From assembly GCA_965228855.1 (NCBI GenBank), contig CBDDIJ010000002.1:2368001-2432000 (forward strand): DNA of 64,000 bases, given 5' to 3'. The stretch is from Candidatus Obscuribacterales bacterium (GTDB lineage: Bacteria; Cyanobacteriota; Vampirovibrionia; Obscuribacterales; Obscuribacteraceae). Below the pieces are notes generated by a model. It had not been told where the DNA came from. It saw only the letters and a list, made by a program, of their open reading frames with translations, and did not search any database. Position 1 is the first letter of the stretch; every line of letters begins with the position of its first letter. Position numbers and translations under genes: made by a program. Below are positions 39,921 through 48,859 of this stretch, piece by piece.

Positions 39921-40240
39921 ACGCTTACCCTCATCTTTCTCTTGTTTGTCTCATCGGCGCGGCGCAAAAGCATACCAGAACAAAGCAAGCGCTGCGTTAG
40001 TTCAGTTCGTTCACACTTGTAAGGTCGCCCGGCTCGGCTGATGCCGTCGGATTTAATGTAGCTGCCGTCGGCATTAAATCCCCGCGCAATCAATGTTTCG
40101 CTCCTGTCGAAGGTTTATGAACGATTCCAAGTGACTAACGCACGCGTCCGGCGGGCATATGATGAAAGGCGGTAAAAAGCCAGCGTTTTTGGCAAGTTCC
40201 GGCTTGTCGTGAATGTTCGGATAATTGGAGGTCGGGCGAC

Positions 40241-40510
40241 ATGAGCGAAAAGCATAGAAGAGAACTGGAACAGCAGGCTATCGCCCGCGCTGAGCGAGAG
40301 CGTGAGGAGCGAAGACGGCGCGAAGAGGCCGAACGGCAGCGCAATAAAAAGGAGCACGAACGTTATCGTATGCAAATGATGGCTGTCGATAAACAGAATG
40401 CCAACAAGAAGCAAGAAGAATTGGACATCGCCAAGAAAAACGATGCAATGATGGACGAACTCGAGCGCCAGAAAGAAGAAGAGCGTTTGCGAATAATATT
40501 CGGCGACTAA
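40241..40510 (+). CDS. Small charged coiled-coil protein
   Basis: GGAGG RBS; 89 aa rich in E/R/K. Confidence 0.65.
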   Translation: MSEKHRRELEQQAIARAEREREERRRREEAERQRNKKEHERYRMQMMAVDKQNANKKQEELDIAKKNDAMMDELERQKEEERLRIIFGD

Positions 40511-40625
40511 GCGAAATTATCACAAGTCTTAGCACCGCACTCTGATTTCAGGGGCGGTGCTTTTGTTTGCGCTAAGATCATTTGCTCTGAAACCAATTAT
40601 TTCAGTTGCGTATGAAGGAGGTAGC

Positions 40626-41252
40626 ATGAAGAGACAATATCTGGCTTCGATTATCACACTGATGATCGTAATGATGGGCGCGGCTTGTACTGGCGCGAAC
40701 GCTGGAGATGAAACCGCTAACTCTGCCGATACGAAGTCAGAAACCCCAGTTGAAACCGGTAAGAACGAAGGGAGTGTGAAGAGAATGGGATCGATTTACG
40801 ATTTTGAAGCAAAGGCATTGAGTGGTGAAGAAATAAAATTTGATAAGTTCAAGGATCATGTTCTTCTCATCGTCAACACTGCCAGCGCATGTGGTTATAC
40901 GCCTCAATATAAGGGATTGGAAGAGCTGCACCAGAAGTTTAATTCTAAAGGATTAGACGTGCTCGGTTTCCCCTGCAACCAATTCGGCGCTCAGGAGCCT
41001 GGCGATAACCACGCAATCGCTAACTTCTGCCAGAAGAATTACGGCGTTGACTTTCAGATGTTCGACAAAGTTGATGTTAACGGTGCCGGAGCTCATCCTC
41101 TCTGGAAATATCTTACGGACGGTCAAGACATCAAATGGAATTTCACCAAGTTCTTGATCAACAAAAAGGGCGAGGTTGTTCAACGCTATGAGTCGAAAGT
41201 AACACCGGAACAAATTCAAGCGGATATCGAGAAAGCACTGCAAGACGGCTAA
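40626..41252 (+). CDS. Glutathione peroxidase family protein (Cys type) with export signal
   Basis: AAGGAGG then ATG 40626; VNTASACG, GFPCNQF, FCQKNYG, KWNFTKFL. Confidence 0.93.
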   Translation: MKRQYLASIITLMIVMMGAACTGANAGDETANSADTKSETPVETGKNEGSVKRMGSIYDFEAKALSGEEIKFDKFKDHVLLIVNTASACGYTPQYKGLEELHQKFNSKGLDVLGFPCNQFGAQEPGDNHAIANFCQKNYGVDFQMFDKVDVNGAGAHPLWKYLTDGQDIKWNFTKFLINKKGEVVQRYESKVTPEQIQADIEKALQDG

Positions 41253-41295
41253 GGAGTGTCTCGTCGAACAGCTCGAAAAATCTAGTTAAAAAACG

Positions 41296-41321
41296 AGCGG
41301 TACCATCACTGGTGCCGCTCA
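41296..41321. terminator. Hairpin between convergent peroxidase and AKR genes
   Basis: GAGCGGTACCA-tcac-TGGTGCCGCTC with an upstream A-tract. Confidence 0.65.
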
Positions 41322-41374
41322 TTCTTCGTCCTGTTAAACTCGTGGATTAGTTTGAAGGACCTGGAAAAGTCTTT

Positions 41375-42412
41375 TTAAACCAGAGCCGGCACGGGAAGCG
41401 GATTGCGCTCCACGAATTGGCGTTGATGCCAGTAAGGATAAATTGGGGTTTTATCACTAGCCCGATCTAATCGTGCAACTTGTTCTTCGGTTAGATTCCA
41501 ACCAACCGCTCCAAGGTTTTGCTTCAGCTGCTCTTCGTTGCGTGCACCGATAACAATGTTTGCCACGGTTGGGCGCTGTAGAAGCCAGTTTAGCGAGATT
41601 TGCGGTATCGTCTTACCGGTTTCCGCTGCAATCTCGTCGAGCACATCGACAACGTCATACAAATATTCGTTGTCTACCGGAGGACCAAAATCTGCCGTCT
41701 TGTGTAACCTGCTTACTTCCGGAAGTGGCTCATTGCGGCGGATTTTACCGGTCAATCGTCCCCAACCTAGCGGGCTCCAAACCATTGTTCCCACTTTCTG
41801 ATCGATGGCGAGCGGCATCAATTCCCATTCGTACTCCCGACCAATCAGCGAGTAATAAGCCTGGTGCGAAATGTATTTGCTCCATCCATACTTCTCTGAT
41901 GTGCTTAGAGACTTCATCAGATGCCACCCTGAAAAATTCGAGCAGCCGATGTATCGAACTTTGCCGCTTTGAACCAGATTGTCCAATGTGCTCAGGACTT
42001 CTTCAACTGGTGTCAGTGCGTCAAACCCATGCATGTGGTAGATGTCGATGTAATCGGTGCCAAGTCTTTTAAGACTGGCATCAACAGCCTTGATCAGATG
42101 GTGGCGTGATGAACCAAGATCGTTTGGACCATCGTCCATTTTGAACGTCGCTTTTGTCGATATCAGAGTCTTGTCTCTGCGTTTGCCAATTGCTTTGCCG
42201 AGAATCTCTTCTGACATTCCCCTTGAATAAATGTCGGCAGTGTCGAAAAAGTTTACACCGGCATCGAGGCAAAGATCGACGAGACGAGTAGCCTCTTTAA
42301 CGTCGGAGTCCCCCCAGGCCTTGAATAATTCCCCGCCACCGCCGAAGGTGGCAGCACCAAAGCTGAGAACCGGGACTTTCAAACCTGAGCCGCCAAGTTG
42401 TCTAAATTCCAT
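41375..42412 (-). CDS. Aldo/keto reductase
   Basis: FDTADIYS.G.SE, STK, LGTDYIDIYHMH, WSPLG. Confidence 0.95.
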   Translation of the reverse strand: MEFRQLGGSGLKVPVLSFGAATFGGGGELFKAWGDSDVKEATRLVDLCLDAGVNFFDTADIYSRGMSEEILGKAIGKRRDKTLISTKATFKMDDGPNDLGSSRHHLIKAVDASLKRLGTDYIDIYHMHGFDALTPVEEVLSTLDNLVQSGKVRYIGCSNFSGWHLMKSLSTSEKYGWSKYISHQAYYSLIGREYEWELMPLAIDQKVGTMVWSPLGWGRLTGKIRRNEPLPEVSRLHKTADFGPPVDNEYLYDVVDVLDEIAAETGKTIPQISLNWLLQRPTVANIVIGARNEEQLKQNLGAVGWNLTEEQVARLDRASDKTPIYPYWHQRQFVERNPLPVPALV

Positions 42413-42559
42413 GAGTTTTTACCTGCGTTTCAAACCAAATCTTTCGCCGCACATGTTGGAACGCCCTCGCTGTATCTGTGCGAGGATGCCATGGTGTAGC
42501 GCTTTTTACCAGTCGCAACACCATACCAAATTTGTTCGTCTGTCGGACAGTCTGTTTGT

Positions 42560-42588
42560 ATAATAGACCGGTCGTCTATATTTGTCAA
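42560..42588 (-). promoter_or_regulatory. Sigma-70-type promoter of AKR with palindromic operator in the spacer
   Basis: Minus-strand TTGACA-17-TATTAT; ATAGAC-cggtc-GTCTAT at 42563-42579. Confidence 0.65.
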
Positions 42589-42659
42589 TACGCAAGTGTA
42601 GTACCATTTACTGCCGTTAGAGAATAAAAATTGCACGCTTTGCCAGGACGAGGTTTTCC

Positions 42660-43256
42660 ATGCGCGCTTCACTGAGAGTCAGTTTTGTTGTAATTGGTTT
42701 AGTCGCTGTAATATTCAACGGTCCTGCAGGCGGCGCTCAGTCGCAGAGCGCTTCGAAATCCGCATCGCCCGTAAACAGACCTCCGGATAAAAAGAAAACC
42801 TGCCGGCGCTTTGTCCAGGAGTTCTACAACTACTATGTGCCGCTTGTCGGCGGTGAGGGGCCGACAGCAGAAAAGGCGATCGAAGAGAAGAAGTCATTAT
42901 TCGGGCAAGACCTCTATAAGAAGTTGAAGGAAGATTTCGATGCCCAGGCTAAAGTAACCGGTGAAATTGTCGGTTTGGATTTCGACCCATTTCTCAACTC
43001 GCAAGATCCAGCTCCGCGCTATGTTGTTGGAGATGTCACCGAGCGAGCCGGGCATTTCAATGCCGCCGTGCACAGCGTATCTTCAGATGGAAAGAAAAAT
43101 CCTAAACCGGATGTGGTGCCGGAATTGGTGCAGAGAAACAACAAATGGATCTTTCTCAATTTCCATTACGGCAAGAGCTCCTTTCCAGAAAATGAGAACC
43201 TGTTGAGCGTTCTCAAAGCGTTGAGCGATAGCAGAAAAAAGAATCCGGCACAGTAG
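42660..43256 (+). CDS. Secreted DUF3828/YbjP-like protein
   Basis: Signal peptide; FV..FY..Y and GLDFDPFLNSQD. Confidence 0.7.
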   Translation: MRASLRVSFVVIGLVAVIFNGPAGGAQSQSASKSASPVNRPPDKKKTCRRFVQEFYNYYVPLVGGEGPTAEKAIEEKKSLFGQDLYKKLKEDFDAQAKVTGEIVGLDFDPFLNSQDPAPRYVVGDVTERAGHFNAAVHSVSSDGKKNPKPDVVPELVQRNNKWIFLNFHYGKSSFPENENLLSVLKALSDSRKKNPAQ

Positions 43257-43393
43257 TCTGCAAGACCGTCGGCGCGTTTCGTTCTCAAAGCTTTCTGTAT
43301 TGTTAAGAGTACAGAGAAATGCCCGCTTATCTGGAACAAATCGGAAAGTCGCCTCCTCTAGAAAACAGACGTAAAGCAGTTTTACAGGAGACG

Positions 43394-43723
43394 ATGATGA
43401 GAAGAGTAGTTACTTTGGCTGTAATAGCCGGAATGTTTGCAACCGGAATTTTCCAATCGGCGGACGCGAAAAAGTGGACGATATACCAGCGCCAGGCGGC
43501 GCTCAGTAAGCGTGTTTCTGCAGCGGAGAAGGCGAAAGAACTCACGTTCAAAGAAGCTCAGAATTTCAAGGACGATCTTGCCGACATCGAAGAAGATAAG
43601 TGCAAGATGATCAGCAAAAACAATGGCAAGCTCAGCTACGAAGACGAAGAGAAGCTTGAGAAGCGACTCAACAAAGTAAGCGTCAAAATTCAAGATAAGA
43701 AGCTCGAGAAGCGTCTTCGCTAA
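43394..43723 (+). CDS. Small secreted helical protein
   Basis: AGGAG then ATG 43394; signal peptide ending ADA. Confidence 0.75.
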   Translation: MMRRVVTLAVIAGMFATGIFQSADAKKWTIYQRQAALSKRVSAAEKAKELTFKEAQNFKDDLADIEEDKCKMISKNNGKLSYEDEEKLEKRLNKVSVKIQDKKLEKRLR

Positions 43724-43739
43724 TGTCTGCCGGAGAAAG

Positions 43740-44804
43740 TTAGCTGCCTTTGAGGAAATCGAAGCGAGGAAGATCCATTGATCTTGTGTATTCACTATCG
43801 TCTTCGAACTTCATGATCTGCCCGACTGTCCGGCGGATTCCGGCGCAGATATTGTCCAGCGGCAGGTCGTCTCCGTCATATCCGAACGGATCCTCGATGT
43901 CTTCCGCGATTAATTCTATTCCCACCAGGAAATAGGTTGCCGTTAATACTAGCGGCAAGCACCACCACATCGAAAAACTCTGTGACATGTACCAGGGCAT
44001 CGCGAGCAAATTGAGCGCGATCCCTTGTCGCATGAAGGCTCTGTACGAAATCGCAATCGGACTGTTTTTAATCCGTTCGCAACCGCCGGCGATATCCATG
44101 AACGCGAGTGCGTGACGGTCAATCTGAAGCATGAGCATCCCATCGACCTGGCCATCTCGGCGCCATTTTTGCATCAATTCGAATATTTTCCCTGCGATGT
44201 GAACAGGAATGTTTTGCGCATCTACATCTGAGACCACTCCCACTCCCGGAAGTGGGCGACTCGGTTTTGTGCCGCGCAAATGATGTTTCAACGCGTATGC
44301 GAAAGAGATCACCAGCTCTCCCAGTCGGGCTTTGTCGCTGTTTCTGATACCGTCGATGGAGCGTACCTTCAAACAAATATTGCGAGAATCATTGACCAGT
44401 TGTCCCCAGAGCTTTCGACCTTCCCACCAGCGTTCATATGCCGAATTTGTGCGGAATACGAGCAGCAAACCAAGTATGATGCCGCTGGAAGAAACAGCGC
44501 TGAATTCTTTGAACATGTGCGCCGGGAAAGTTTCCTCAGCAAACCAGTCAACTGCAATAGTGTAAACAGCCATTATGGCTACCCACACCCAGATTCGCTT
44601 CACGACCGGTATTTTGTGCATGAGAACGAACGGGCGAGTCCATGAACGAATCCCTTTGATAAAACCGGGAGGCTCGGGTTGGCTCGATGGTGCGGTTGTG
44701 AAAGACAGCTCGATGTCGTCGGCGTCATCGAAACTGGGCGAAGCTGTAGAGGACACAGTTGACTTCCTTGTGCTTGACTCCGTCTGATTATTCCTCATAA
44801 GCAA
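43740..44804 (-). CDS. Bestrophin family ion channel
   Basis: LLVFRTNSAYERWWEGRKLWG, ERIKNSP, IEDPFG..DDLPL. Confidence 0.93.
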   Translation of the reverse strand: MLMRNNQTESSTRKSTVSSTASPSFDDADDIELSFTTAPSSQPEPPGFIKGIRSWTRPFVLMHKIPVVKRIWVWVAIMAVYTIAVDWFAEETFPAHMFKEFSAVSSSGIILGLLLVFRTNSAYERWWEGRKLWGQLVNDSRNICLKVRSIDGIRNSDKARLGELVISFAYALKHHLRGTKPSRPLPGVGVVSDVDAQNIPVHIAGKIFELMQKWRRDGQVDGMLMLQIDRHALAFMDIAGGCERIKNSPIAISYRAFMRQGIALNLLAMPWYMSQSFSMWWCLPLVLTATYFLVGIELIAEDIEDPFGYDGDDLPLDNICAGIRRTVGQIMKFEDDSEYTRSMDLPRFDFLKGS

Positions 44805-44964
44805 GTTCTTGCCAAGCAGCGAGGCTCTGATACGTCAATCTTCGCAACAGGGGACAAGAGTCCGAGGGCGGAAACCTCGACCGGTGCAGCCATTGTGAAA
44901 ATGTTAGATTGGATTTTATCAACTTCAGGTGAACATTTAGTTCAGCTGGCTGATTAGCGCGGGT

Positions 44965-45957
44965 TCAGGAGTCTGGTTCCAATTTTTTCAATTCTAAAAA
45001 CGGTTTGTCCGGCTGCGGCGTCACGTCCTCCAGCACCTCATCTCCGGTCGCTTCTTCCAGAGGAACATCTGAATCGATGCTAAAGAGAATGTCTCTCAGA
45101 TGATGAGTCATCAACTCGGCGACTGTTGAAACATCATCAATCATACTTATCTGATCGGCTAAATCGTCGAGAGTCATCACCTTCGCGTTGACCGCGACAC
45201 CACATACGATATCAAGCTTCAGCTTCTCTCTCTTGGAATTGTGCGGTTCTAAATGCCCGCGTTGGATCCAGTTGCGTTCCATCGCCTGCGCTCGAGTCAG
45301 GCCGGACGCATCATGGAGACTCGAATGCATAAATCGCCAGACACTTTCCGGAAAAGTAGTTTCACTGTTTGTTGGACGCCCGAAAAGTTCGGCAAGAACT
45401 GTTGGGCTTCCCTCACGAATGGCTTTTGAACCGGACTGTTGCTTCAAAGAATAAGTTGACATGCCGGTGGACACCACACCGGACATCATCTGATTGAAGT
45501 TACCGGGGAATGGTGAAATTGAATCGGTGAAACCCAAAATCGAACCTATAGTGTTCAATGTGCCTGATGCGATGAAATTAATTGCGTTGTTGTATTCGAT
45601 TGCACGATCTCGGCGTTGCTCGAGCATGTCCTGAATGGCGATGAGCAGACCTTGCTCACGGTCCGCCTCGGCTTGCACGCTGGCTGCGTCAAAATACGCT
45701 TCCAGCACGGTTTCCAGAACTTTCGAACGCAGCATCGCGCGACGCTCGGTGGATGCTACGGGTTTCTTGTAGAGCTCTTGAAGCAGCGGAAGAATCTCAA
45801 GCTTTTCGGCGAGGTCACGAGTTTGAGCCGAAAGCGTGTGCACCTTGACGACGTGAAACAGCTCACGGTGAGGACGCTCAGCTAGTCTGCTCTGGGCGCA
45901 TAGCGGCTGTACCGTCAGCGTCAGCAGCGCTAGCAAACAGAGGGCGAACCTGGACAT
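44965..45957 (-). CDS. Secreted hypothetical protein
   Basis: GGAG RBS; signal peptide; 330 aa. Confidence 0.75.
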   Translation of the reverse strand: MSRFALCLLALLTLTVQPLCAQSRLAERPHRELFHVVKVHTLSAQTRDLAEKLEILPLLQELYKKPVASTERRAMLRSKVLETVLEAYFDAASVQAEADREQGLLIAIQDMLEQRRDRAIEYNNAINFIASGTLNTIGSILGFTDSISPFPGNFNQMMSGVVSTGMSTYSLKQQSGSKAIREGSPTVLAELFGRPTNSETTFPESVWRFMHSSLHDASGLTRAQAMERNWIQRGHLEPHNSKREKLKLDIVCGVAVNAKVMTLDDLADQISMIDDVSTVAELMTHHLRDILFSIDSDVPLEEATGDEVLEDVTPQPDKPFLELKKLEPDS

Positions 45958-46073
45958 GAAAATGCTCCAATCCGATTACCAAAATCAGCAGCGCAAGCAT
46001 AGCAAAATTGAGGGTAGACTTGAAGCTCGCTAAAGGAATTGAGAAGCGGTTTTTACTCGTTTTTGAGGGCGTC

Positions 46074-46958
46074 ATGATGAAAGCTGAGCACGCGTTAAAA
46101 GTTGGGGCTAAATTGGGGGAGGGACCGTTGTGGCGCGCGCGGGAAAACGCTCTTTATTGGTTGGATATCGTGAATTGCGCTATTCACAGATGGGAGCCGG
46201 CGACCGGCAAGCGAGAGACTTCAATATTCAAGGAGTGGGTATGTGCCCTGGTCTCTTGCGACGACGGCCGATTAATCGGCGCTGTCGAAGATGGGCTTGC
46301 ATTCCTCGATTTCGCAACTGGAACTTTTGAAATTATTGCGAATCCGCTTCCGGATCGCACGATGCGCTTTAACGATGCGTCAGCCGATCGACAGGGGCGG
46401 TTGTGGACTGGGACGATGCAGAGGGAGAACCAGAAACCGGTGGCATCGTTTTACAAGCTCGAGCGTGATTTGAGCCTTGCCGAAATGGATTATGGTTTGT
46501 CGCTTTCGAACGGAATTGGTTTCAGTCCGGATGATTCGATTTTGTATCTTTCAGATTCGGTACAGAACTCAGTCTTCGCTTATGACTTCGACCTTGAAAA
46601 AGGAACAATCGCGAACAAGCGCCAGTTGATATGGGTCGATCCGAAGCGTGATGGCTATCCTGATGGACTGACCGTTGACGCCGAAGGGTACATCTGGCTC
46701 TGTCATTACGACGGTTGGAAAGTAACTCGCCACGCGCCCGATGGTAAGCAGGTCGATTATATCGAGATGCCGGTTCCGCGTCCGACAAGTTGCATGTTTG
46801 GTGGCGCAAACTTGACGGAGTTGTATATCACATCAGCTATCGAGGACTTGAGCGCCGAACAACTCGAGGATGCCCCGATGAGTGGAGACGTATTTGTGGC
46901 CACGCCACCCGTTCCAGGATCTCCGGAGTTCACATTCAAACCTGGCAGACCTGGTTGA
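46074..46958 (+). CDS. SMP-30/gluconolactonase family protein
   Basis: LGEGPLW, RFND, SNGIGFSPD, PDGLTVD. Confidence 0.93.
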   Translation: MMKAEHALKVGAKLGEGPLWRARENALYWLDIVNCAIHRWEPATGKRETSIFKEWVCALVSCDDGRLIGAVEDGLAFLDFATGTFEIIANPLPDRTMRFNDASADRQGRLWTGTMQRENQKPVASFYKLERDLSLAEMDYGLSLSNGIGFSPDDSILYLSDSVQNSVFAYDFDLEKGTIANKRQLIWVDPKRDGYPDGLTVDAEGYIWLCHYDGWKVTRHAPDGKQVDYIEMPVPRPTSCMFGGANLTELYITSAIEDLSAEQLEDAPMSGDVFVATPPVPGSPEFTFKPGRPG

Positions 46959-46975
46959 ACGCGTACGCAACCATA

Positions 46976-48859
46976 TCAATACCGAGGCAACGTGAACCAC
47001 AAAATACTTCCAGTTTTATCAGCGGATGTCGAAGATTCGTTTGCAACAGGCTTCGCAAAAGGTTCTGCTGATTGTCTTTCTATTTTTCCGGTCTGACTTT
47101 GCACGTCATGCAACGATGTGCCTGATACGCCAATCTTGCCACCATGAGCATCGACTATCAATTTGCAGATTGCTAAACCCAATCCTGTTCCTTCTTTGGA
47201 TTTTTGAGATGGAACTTCGAAAAATGCGTCAAAAATTCGCTCTCGATATTCGATTGGCACTCCGGGACCGCTGTCGATTACGCGAATCTCGACGGTTGAG
47301 GAAGTCCAGGCCGCAACCACTTCTACCTCGCTTCCTCGTGGTGCATGGCGGATTGCATTTGTCAGCAGATTAACCAGAAGCTGCTGTAGTTTGTTTCTGT
47401 CACCATATACGGTGGTGAACGCATCAGGCAAAACTAAACTGATCGCTTTTCCTTTTGCGGCGGACTTAACCGTTTCAATCGCCGAATCAATTAGCTCTTG
47501 AAGTTCGAAGTTTACTCGTTCCAGTTGCATACGCCCAGACTTCAGCTTTTGGAAGTCCAGCAAATCATTGATGAAGTCAACGAGCTGCTCCACGTTTCTT
47601 ACAGCCGATTCAATTTCGGTTTGGGCTTCCGCCGGTAGCGGTCCTTTTGCTCCCTGCTCGATCATTCCCAGCGATCCGAGCATTGAGGTTAAAGGACTTC
47701 GCAGGTCATGGCTGATCATATCTACGAAATCTTGCTTAAGTCGCTCGATGTTTTTCTCCTCCGTAATGTCGCGAACAAGGGCGAAAAGCGCGTCATCTCT
47801 CTCTGACCATACGCACGACCAGCGGGTGTCGACGGGTGAACCATCCGTCCGCAAGAGTGTTAACTCAAAGGTTCTCATGTCACTTCGTTGGACCGAGGTG
47901 CGAATTTCATCATCCGCTTTCACCGTGTCCTCCGCACGGCAGATATCCAGAAGTGTTTTTGTGAGTAGCTCGTGCTGCTCATAGCCAAGCAAACTGCTGG
48001 ATGATTTGTTAGCTTTCAAAAATGCGCCGTCAGCGCTCAGTGAGCAAATCAAATCACGAGCGTTATCAATCATCGCTTTCTCGCCCGCCAGTGTGCTGTT
48101 TACGCTTTGCGCCATGTTGTGAAACAACCTGTCTAGTCCGCTTAATTCGTCGCGACCCTGTAGCACAGGAAGTAATTGTTCATTTGCTGCCATGCGTCGG
48201 CAATTCTCTTGAATGCGTGTTAATGGTCGCTTGATCGTAAATGCCAGAACCGTGGCTTGCAGAATTCCGAAGAGCACGCTGACAGCGATAGCTATGTATG
48301 GAAGCTGTTGAAATCGCTCCCACCGTTCGCTCACTGCCGACGATGCAATCGTATCCTTCTCTGCGCGAATCAGGGTCGTAAATTTTGTCAGGAATTCGTC
48401 GCAGAGAGCTATCAGGCGAAACGGAAAGTCGTTGTTTACCCGTTTCCAGTGGAGGTCGCCGTGACTTTGCGCGTCGAGGAACCAATCAATGAACGGTTCA
48501 CCTTTGTGAAGCCAGAAATCTTGAACTGCCTGCGCCAGTTTCAATTTCTCAGGCGAATCCTGATAGGTTCGAACAATCTCTGCGAGGGTTTTCTTCGTTT
48601 TGGCAAAGCGCTTAAGCGATTCCTCCCTATCGACCAGACCGTCATCGGTCGTGCTGGTTCTCAATTCGCAGAACGCCTCGATGACCTCGCTCTCGAGTTT
48701 GTAGCCGGTATTGACGTGCTTCCAGGAGCGGGTCTCATCTTCCACTGACTCGATCACCTGGTTCATCTGCAGAAGAAGCACTACAGACAGTGCCACGAGG
48801 CAGGCTAGTGGTACTAGAGTGAAAACTACTATCTGAAACTTAAGCGTATATGGTTTCAC
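46976..48859 (-). CDS. Membrane sensor histidine kinase (HAMP-PAS-HisKA-HATPase)
   Basis: Two TMs; SHDLRSP, NLLTNAI, D.GPG, GTGLGL. Confidence 0.92.
   Translation of the reverse strand: MKPYTLKFQIVVFTLVPLACLVALSVVLLLQMNQVIESVEDETRSWKHVNTGYKLESEVIEAFCELRTSTTDDGLVDREESLKRFAKTKKTLAEIVRTYQDSPEKLKLAQAVQDFWLHKGEPFIDWFLDAQSHGDLHWKRVNNDFPFRLIALCDEFLTKFTTLIRAEKDTIASSAVSERWERFQQLPYIAIAVSVLFGILQATVLAFTIKRPLTRIQENCRRMAANEQLLPVLQGRDELSGLDRLFHNMAQSVNSTLAGEKAMIDNARDLICSLSADGAFLKANKSSSSLLGYEQHELLTKTLLDICRAEDTVKADDEIRTSVQRSDMRTFELTLLRTDGSPVDTRWSCVWSERDDALFALVRDITEEKNIERLKQDFVDMISHDLRSPLTSMLGSLGMIEQGAKGPLPAEAQTEIESAVRNVEQLVDFINDLLDFQKLKSGRMQLERVNFELQELIDSAIETVKSAAKGKAISLVLPDAFTTVYGDRNKLQQLLVNLLTNAIRHAPRGSEVEVVAAWTSSTVEIRVIDSGPGVPIEYRERIFDAFFEVPSQKSKEGTGLGLAICKLIVDAHGGKIGVSGTSLHDVQSQTGKIERQSAEPFAKPVANESSTSADKTGSILWFTLPRY

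Noticed and set aside
40626..41252. Selenocysteine in the peroxidase (or in MsrB)
   Set aside because: Catalytic codons are TGT/TGC, so they give no independent support for Sec use in this genome
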